From positions 1,248,001 to 1,312,000 of the forward strand of contig CAWJWJ010000002.1 of NCBI GenBank assembly GCA_963846575.1: 64,000 nucleotides of DNA, given 5' to 3'. The position numbers and the translations under genes were made by a program. The notes beneath the pieces were generated by a model that was not told the DNA's origin, ran no database searches, and worked only from the letters and a program-made list of their open reading frames with translations. Origin of the DNA: an uncultured Nitrospiraceae bacterium (GTDB lineage: Bacteria > Nitrospirota > Nitrospiria > Nitrospirales > Nitrospiraceae). Below, piece by piece: positions 58,507 through 64,000 of the stretch (position 1 is the first letter of the stretch; the number at the start of each line of letters is the position of its first letter).

Positions 58507-59250
58507 ATGGAAAGCGGTGCAGGATTAGGTCGGATTGATGGCAGGCGGCGTGAGCAGATCCGTCCGGTGAAGATTACGCGCAATTTCATTAAACATGCGG
58601 AAGGATCTGTTCTGATCGAAATGGGCGATACGAAGGTAATTTGTACCGCCTCCGTCGAAGAGAAGGTTCCTCCGTTTTTGAGAGATAAGGGCCGGGGGTG
58701 GGTCACGGCCGAATATGCCATGCTGCCACGGGCGACGCACGACCGGTCCCCCAGAGAAGCAGTGAAGGGCAAACAAGGCGGGCGCACGCTGGAGATCCAG
58801 CGCCTGGTGGGACGTGCCCTGCGCGCCGTCATCGACACCACGCGATTGGGCGAACGCACCATTTGGATCGATTGCGACGTGATTCAGGCTGACGGCGGAA
58901 CGCGTACCGCCTCCATTACCGGGGCTTTCATCGCCCTGGCGGATGCTCTGGCTGTATTAAAAAAGAAAGCGCTGCTGAAGCAAAACCCTCTCACCGACTA
59001 CCTTGCGGCGATCAGCGTCGGAAAAGTGGGTGGACAGGTCTTAGTCGATCTGGCCTATGAGGAGGATTCGCAGGCGGAAGTGGACCTGAATCTGGTCATG
59101 ACCGGGGCGGGCCGCTATGTTGAAGTGCAGGGGACGGCTGAAAAGACACCGTTTGATAAGAAAGACATGGATGAATTTCTGGACCTCGGGTGGGGGGCCA
59201 TCCGTGAACTGGTCGAGCTGCAGAAATCACTGATCGGATCGCTTGGTTGA
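58507..59250 (+). CDS. rph: Ribonuclease PH
   Basis: [40 protein letters not shown]. Confidence 0.97.
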   Translation: MESGAGLGRIDGRRREQIRPVKITRNFIKHAEGSVLIEMGDTKVICTASVEEKVPPFLRDKGRGWVTAEYAMLPRATHDRSPREAVKGKQGGRTLEIQRLVGRALRAVIDTTRLGERTIWIDCDVIQADGGTRTASITGAFIALADALAVLKKKALLKQNPLTDYLAAISVGKVGGQVLVDLAYEEDSQAEVDLNLVMTGAGRYVEVQGTAEKTPFDKKDMDEFLDLGWGAIRELVELQKSLIGSLG

Positions 59251-59252
59251 TC

Positions 59253-59867
59253 ATGCAGATCGTGTTGGCGACCAGAAATCAACACAAGAAGCAGGAGCTT
59301 CTGACTCTGCTCCAGGATCTGAGCGTCGTGATTAAGACGTTAGACGATTTCCCCGAGGCGCCGGATGTCGTCGAAGATGGCGACACCTGTGAGGCGAACG
59401 CCATGAAAAAGGCCGTGGAAATTGCCCGATACACGGCGCTACCGGCAGTCGCGGATGATACCGGTCTGGAAGTCGACGCCCTCGGTGGACGCCCCGGGGC
59501 GTTCGCGGCACGATACGCAGGGGAACATGCCACCTACGAAGATAATTGTCGGAAGCTGTTGGGCGAGCTCCGGGGGGTTCCGGTCTCCCAACGGGGGGCG
59601 CGGTTTGTGACAGTGGCGGCCATCGCCTTTCCTGATGGTGAGATGCTGTCGGCGAAGGGGGTCCTGGAGGGCACGATTGCCGAAAAGGCAGCCGGGTCCC
59701 ATGGCTTCGGATATGATCCCATATTCCTGGTCGCCGACCATGATCAGACTCTGGCACAGCTCCCACCGGACGTCAAAAACAGCATCAGCCATCGTGCCCG
59801 TGCCTTCAGAGAGGCCAAGACGCTGCTTCAGCGGGTGATGGCGGAACGGTCTCAAGTCAAGGCATAA
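59253..59867 (+). CDS. rdgB: XTP/dITP pyrophosphatase (HAM1 family)
   Basis: LATRNQHK, ADDTGL, GFGYDPIF, SHRA. Confidence 0.96.
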   Translation: MQIVLATRNQHKKQELLTLLQDLSVVIKTLDDFPEAPDVVEDGDTCEANAMKKAVEIARYTALPAVADDTGLEVDALGGRPGAFAARYAGEHATYEDNCRKLLGELRGVPVSQRGARFVTVAAIAFPDGEMLSAKGVLEGTIAEKAAGSHGFGYDPIFLVADHDQTLAQLPPDVKNSISHRARAFREAKTLLQRVMAERSQVKA

Positions 59868-60076
59868 GCATTCTGCTGAACCCGCTCGATCGTCGTCTGA
59901 TCTCCTGCCCGATAGGCCCAATCATTAAGTGCTTCAGTCCGGTCGCTTTCCCTCTCCTTCGGGTGTCCTTTTCCCTACGCTACCGTTGCCTCGTCATGGG
60001 CGTCGGTGTGTTGCTTCTTCAGGTACGTGATAGGTACCACTCAGCGAAAAAGGAGAAAGGAATTCTTGTCGGAGGG

Positions 60077-60922
60077 TCACTCTGGCTGAGTGGGCCAGCC
60101 CTTTTCGGTCATGCATTGGCGAAACGTGTCGTAGGGATTGGAAAGCGAATTCTGCGAATGCTGAATGCATTCGCTTTGGTCCACAGCTTGCCGTTCGTTC
60201 TTCGGGAGTTCGGGGCTGGACGGGCGAATGTCGCTTGGCACGGCCGTCCGGTCTGCCGGTGACGGGTCACTCTGGACATTGTCGTGGGCTGGCGACTCCG
60301 TTGGTGCGGGGCTGCCGGGCTGAGCCGTGGCAGCCGGGACATGCGTAGGCGAAACGGATTCGGGCAGGCCATCCGGTATGAACGTAGATTGGCCTTGAGC
60401 TGCACCTGCACAATGGGGGTATCCGAACGGATCCACAACGATTCGCCCCGTGGGGCAGGGAGCCTGTGTGGTTGTTGCGTGGTGAGGAGCGGGCCCGACA
60501 AGCGGTTTCAGCCTGACCCACTCATATCCCCGGCTCCTCATGCACTGACTGTAAGCATTCGGGCCGGTCATGGACGGAGCTGGATCGTGAGCCACGACGG
60601 TACCATCTCCTGATACTCTCTCCGTGGTGGCTTGTTCGGCTCCTAGCCTCGCGCATTGCCGGGAGTCGGCATCAGACTCGATGGTGGCTTCTGGCCCGAC
60701 CACACCCGGCTTTGCCCAGAAGCCTTGTTCCACCGGCTGACAGGAGGCACAGATGAGGGTGGCGAGTACCAGCGCCACATCCACAGGCCGGCAATCGAGT
60801 CTTTTCGGCGTTCTGACAGCGGCAAAGAAACGGAACGACATGGAAGGCACCTGCGATAAGGTATCTCTGAAGGGATTATAAACAACTGACGTGCCTGGAA
60901 CACTCATAGATAGCGACTCCAC
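60077..60922 (-). CDS. Hypothetical Cys/Pro-rich lipoprotein (start uncertain)
   Basis: Lipobox-like ICASC; two C...CM..(R/K)G(Y/W) motifs separated by a Pro-rich linker. Confidence 0.55.
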   Translation of the reverse strand: MESLSMSVPGTSVVYNPFRDTLSQVPSMSFRFFAAVRTPKRLDCRPVDVALVLATLICASCQPVEQGFWAKPGVVGPEATIESDADSRQCARLGAEQATTERVSGDGTVVAHDPAPSMTGPNAYSQCMRSRGYEWVRLKPLVGPAPHHATTTQAPCPTGRIVVDPFGYPHCAGAAQGQSTFIPDGLPESVSPTHVPAATAQPGSPAPTESPAHDNVQSDPSPADRTAVPSDIRPSSPELPKNERQAVDQSECIQHSQNSLSNPYDTFRQCMTEKGWPTQPE

Positions 60923-61148
60923 GCAGCCGATCAGCGGTACAGGCCTCTCGCCCGAGCCGAAATGCCGCCTTATCTATCACGGACCTGAACCTTGTTGACC
61001 AACTGTTCGTTCCTATGAGAACATCCGCTCGTGCGACATGCGGAGACAACGCGCCAGTGCTCATGGCTTCTTTGGTGGGTCGCTGGCACGTCACACGCCA
61101 AGCATGTCTCATCCGCGAGCTCTCTGCACATGCTGGAAATCATTCAGT

Positions 61149-61227
<79 letters not shown>

Positions 61228-61585
61228 TTCAAAGCTTTCCCTTCCAATGTCGCATGCTCCCTACGGGCTTGAATCCTGCCCGATCCCATTACCTGTCTCT
61301 ATAACCTACTACGTTTGAATCGTTGTACTTCAGTGACCGTCCGCCATTAGAGGCAGAGAGGCACCAGGCTGACTGTCTCTTGCCGGACTGCTGCCCTCAG
61401 TTGCCACGCGTCGACCTTAAACCGGTCGTGAGGGTGCGAGGGAGGCTGGGGTCTTCGGTTTGGCCGATAAGGGCTTTCCCTAGCTGATAAACCGCTGCAT
61501 CACTGACACTGTAAAACCTAACAGATAGAAAATCATCCCATGGCACTGCGGAGTCCGGACGGTTAGGTTACCTCGGAGACCAATT

Positions 61586-63046
61586 ATGTTTTTTCAACGC
61601 ATCAAGACCCCTGGTATTGCACACAATGCCTATTTGGTCGGCTCGAACGGCATGGGTGTCCTTGTCGACCCCAGGCGAGACGTCGATGAATATTTCGAAA
61701 TCGCGCGCACGAATAAATTGGAAATCCGCTATGTTCTCGAAACTCACCGTCAGGAAGACTTCGTGCTCGGCTCCGCAGCCGTTCGTCGAAGGTGTGGAGC
61801 AAAAATTGTTTCTGGTAAACATAAGTATTTTGCCCACAGCGACCTGCGCCTCGCGGATGGAGGGGACCTTGAGGTGGGGGAGCTGATATTCCGCTGCCTC
61901 TACACTCCAGGCCATACGCCCGAAAGCGTCTCGTACGCGGTCTATTTCCAGGACAAGCCCGACAGAGCCTGGGCCGTCTTCACGGGCGATGCCTTATTTG
62001 TCGGCGAGGCCGGTCGAACCGATCTGCCCGACGTCGACAAAACGGCCGAGAACGCGGCGATTCTGTTCGACAGCATTCAAGATAAAATCAAGCCGCTCGG
62101 TGATCAGACCCTCCTGTATCCGGCCCACGGGGCAGGCTCGGTCTGCGGGGGAAACATTGCGGACTACGATGAATCCACGCTCGGGTTTGAACGCAGCTAC
62201 AACCCGGCATTCACGCAGACGCGGGAGGAATTCATCCAACTCAAGCTTAAGGAGCGGATACCACGTCCGCCGTATTTTCGTTTGATGGAAAAACTCAACC
62301 TGAAAGGCGGCCTGGCCCTGAGCCAGGGCCCCGATTCGATCCCCAGTCTCTTGCCGAAGGATTTTAAGCGTGAGTCGGCGAAAGGGATTGTCATCGACAC
62401 GCGGCTGCCCGCGGCATTCGGGGGCGGCCACATTCCAGGATCTTACAGCATCTGGCTGGGGGGCCTGCCGGTCTTTGGCGGCTGGATTGCCGATGACAAG
62501 GTTCCTGTCTATCTGGTACTCGATCGGCCGGGTGATTTAGAAGACGCATGCCTGCACCTCCAGCGGATCGGTGTCGATAATGTGCGCGGAGTATTAGCCG
62601 GCGGGTTCGAGGGATGGCGTGACGCGGGGCTCGAGATCTCGATGTCCGGCACCCTGAGCGTGACGTCTGACGCGTTGCAAGCCAAGCGGACGGCGGTTCT
62701 CGACGTGCGCGAGATCTCCGAATTCGAGGAGGGGCACATCGGGGGCTCCCGGCATGCCTATGTCGGGTTCATTCCGGAGTTGAGCACCATCGGCCGCCAA
62801 CTCGACCGGAAACAGCCTCTGGCCGTGACTTGCAGTGTGGGACACAGGGCGAGTTTAGCCGTCAGCATGCTCCTGCGCATGGGCTTTACGAACGTGTTCA
62901 ATCTTCTTGGCGGGATGACCGCCTGGAAAAAGCTCGACAAACCGGTCGTCACGGGGCCCGATAAAACGCGTACCCTGGACAGGAAGATCGTTGCTCGAGG
63001 CATCAGTAAAGAGCCGGCTGCCAAAGCCGTGAGGGCAGCCACATGA
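61586..63046 (+). CDS. MBL-fold plus two rhodanese domains (CstB-like persulfide dioxygenase/sulfurtransferase)
   Basis: ETHRQEDF, TPGHT, TGDALF, PAHGAGSVCG; second rhodanese loop CSVGHRA. Confidence 0.88.
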   Translation: MFFQRIKTPGIAHNAYLVGSNGMGVLVDPRRDVDEYFEIARTNKLEIRYVLETHRQEDFVLGSAAVRRRCGAKIVSGKHKYFAHSDLRLADGGDLEVGELIFRCLYTPGHTPESVSYAVYFQDKPDRAWAVFTGDALFVGEAGRTDLPDVDKTAENAAILFDSIQDKIKPLGDQTLLYPAHGAGSVCGGNIADYDESTLGFERSYNPAFTQTREEFIQLKLKERIPRPPYFRLMEKLNLKGGLALSQGPDSIPSLLPKDFKRESAKGIVIDTRLPAAFGGGHIPGSYSIWLGGLPVFGGWIADDKVPVYLVLDRPGDLEDACLHLQRIGVDNVRGVLAGGFEGWRDAGLEISMSGTLSVTSDALQAKRTAVLDVREISEFEEGHIGGSRHAYVGFIPELSTIGRQLDRKQPLAVTCSVGHRASLAVSMLLRMGFTNVFNLLGGMTAWKKLDKPVVTGPDKTRTLDRKIVARGISKEPAAKAVRAAT

Positions 63047-63639
63047 GATCAGCCCTAAGGTTTGCAGTTGTCTCGATTATGCTGTTACTGGCCGGGAACC
63101 TGTATGCCCAGACTCCGGCGCCTGATACGACCTGGTATGGAACCGGCGGCGCTTGGTCGCCCTACCTGGCGGGAGCGTTGATCGGGGTGTTGGCCTGGCT
63201 GACCTTTTATTTTTCAGAACATCCGATCGGCGCCTCGTCTTTTTACGCGACGGTGGCGGGATTGATTGGGAAGGTAGTTGCACCCCGGCACACCAGCAGG
63301 CTTGCCTATTATCGTGACAATCCACCGAAGATCAGCTGGGAATTCGCCTTCGTGATCGCGATCATCATGGGATCGGCGCTGGCGGCGGCCACGGGCGGAG
63401 AATTTTCCCTCCGCGGGCTTCCCCGGCTCTGGACCGATCATCACGGTGCAGACAGCGGCCTCACTTACGCCGCTTTGAGCTTTGTAGGCGGCATGCTGAT
63501 GGCCTTTGGCGCGCGGCTGGCCGGGGGGTGCACGAGCGGACACGGCATCAGCGGCACCCTGCAGTTGAATGTCTCGTCATGGATCGCCGTGATTTGTTTC
63601 TTTATCGGCGGCGTGATTGCCGTGCAGTTCATTTATTGA
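63043..63639 (+). CDS. YeeE/YedE-family sulfur-compound transporter
   Basis: WSPYLAG, GARLAGGCTSGH. Confidence 0.9.
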   Translation: MRSALRFAVVSIMLLLAGNLYAQTPAPDTTWYGTGGAWSPYLAGALIGVLAWLTFYFSEHPIGASSFYATVAGLIGKVVAPRHTSRLAYYRDNPPKISWEFAFVIAIIMGSALAAATGGEFSLRGLPRLWTDHHGADSGLTYAALSFVGGMLMAFGARLAGGCTSGHGISGTLQLNVSSWIAVICFFIGGVIAVQFIY

Positions 63640-63688
63640 AGTAATCACCGGGCATCTGACGATACCCGCTATCGTTTCTTCTGAGCAT

Positions 63689-64000
63689 ATGAACAAGATT
63701 ATTCAGGCCGTTATTTTTGGTTCCCTCTTTGGCTTTCTCCTACAGAAGGGGGGCGTCGCGAACTACCACGTCCTGGAAGGCCAACTCCTGCTGCAGGATT
63801 TTACGGTCATCAAGGTCATGTTGTCGGCTATCCTCGTAGGAATGGTCGGGATCTATGTGCTGCACAAAATGGCTGGCACCAAGTTACACCTCAAGCCTAC
63901 TAAAATAGGCGCCAACGTCCTTGGAGGATTGATTTTCGGCGTAGGGTTCGCATTTGCTGGTTATTGCCCGGGCACGGGGGCGGCAGCCCTGGGTCAGGGG
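63689..64000 (+). CDS. Second YeeE/YedE-family subunit, truncated by the window end (not in the ORF track)
   Basis: MNKIIQAVIFGSLFGFLLQKGG...GGLIFGVGFAFAGYCPGT. Confidence 0.88.
   Translation, partial: MNKIIQAVIFGSLFGFLLQKGGVANYHVLEGQLLLQDFTVIKVMLSAILVGMVGIYVLHKMAGTKLHLKPTKIGANVLGGLIFGVGFAFAGYCPGTGAAALGQG

Noticed and set aside
61084..61098. TGGCACGTCACACGC as a sigma54 promoter for tRNA-Pro
   Set aside because: Poor -12 element (ACGC); insufficient support

Overview
GC-rich bacterial chromosome segment; the gene repertoire suggests Nitrospira/Nitrospirota (inference, no search run). Left end: the last two modules plus thioesterase of an NRPS abutting the 3' end of tRNA-Arg(ACG). Next come a sigma54-driven BACON-like/Fn3 surface protein divergent from an omptin-like protease, and a HelY/Ski2-like helicase split into two genes in reversed domain order behind glgC. 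These are followed by potABCD, a CzcCBA-type efflux system, def and an ABC exporter. The best candidate for an undescribed system is an 8-gene minus-strand operon (28592-33800): ThiS-like carrier with a masked GG, CysK, two MoeB/ThiF E1s, a ThrC-like PLP enzyme coupled to a second carrier, a stand-alone NIL protein and a JAMM peptidase. It looks like a two-carrier thiocarboxylate route to cysteine/homocysteine with a possible methionine sensor. Further right: PLD nuclease, FAD monooxygenase, NTase-like/TPM pair, a hairpin-rich 41.1-41.4 kb intergenic region with partial SAM-I-like features, an atypical ClpS, hemW, a CADD/PqqC-like plus FGE-domain pair, metH, a sigma54-driven HD-GYP regulator, rph-rdgB, tRNA-Pro(TGG) and a CstB-like/YeeE sulfur module. 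No CRISPR array, integrase, transposase or rRNA was seen. All calls come from reading motifs by eye.
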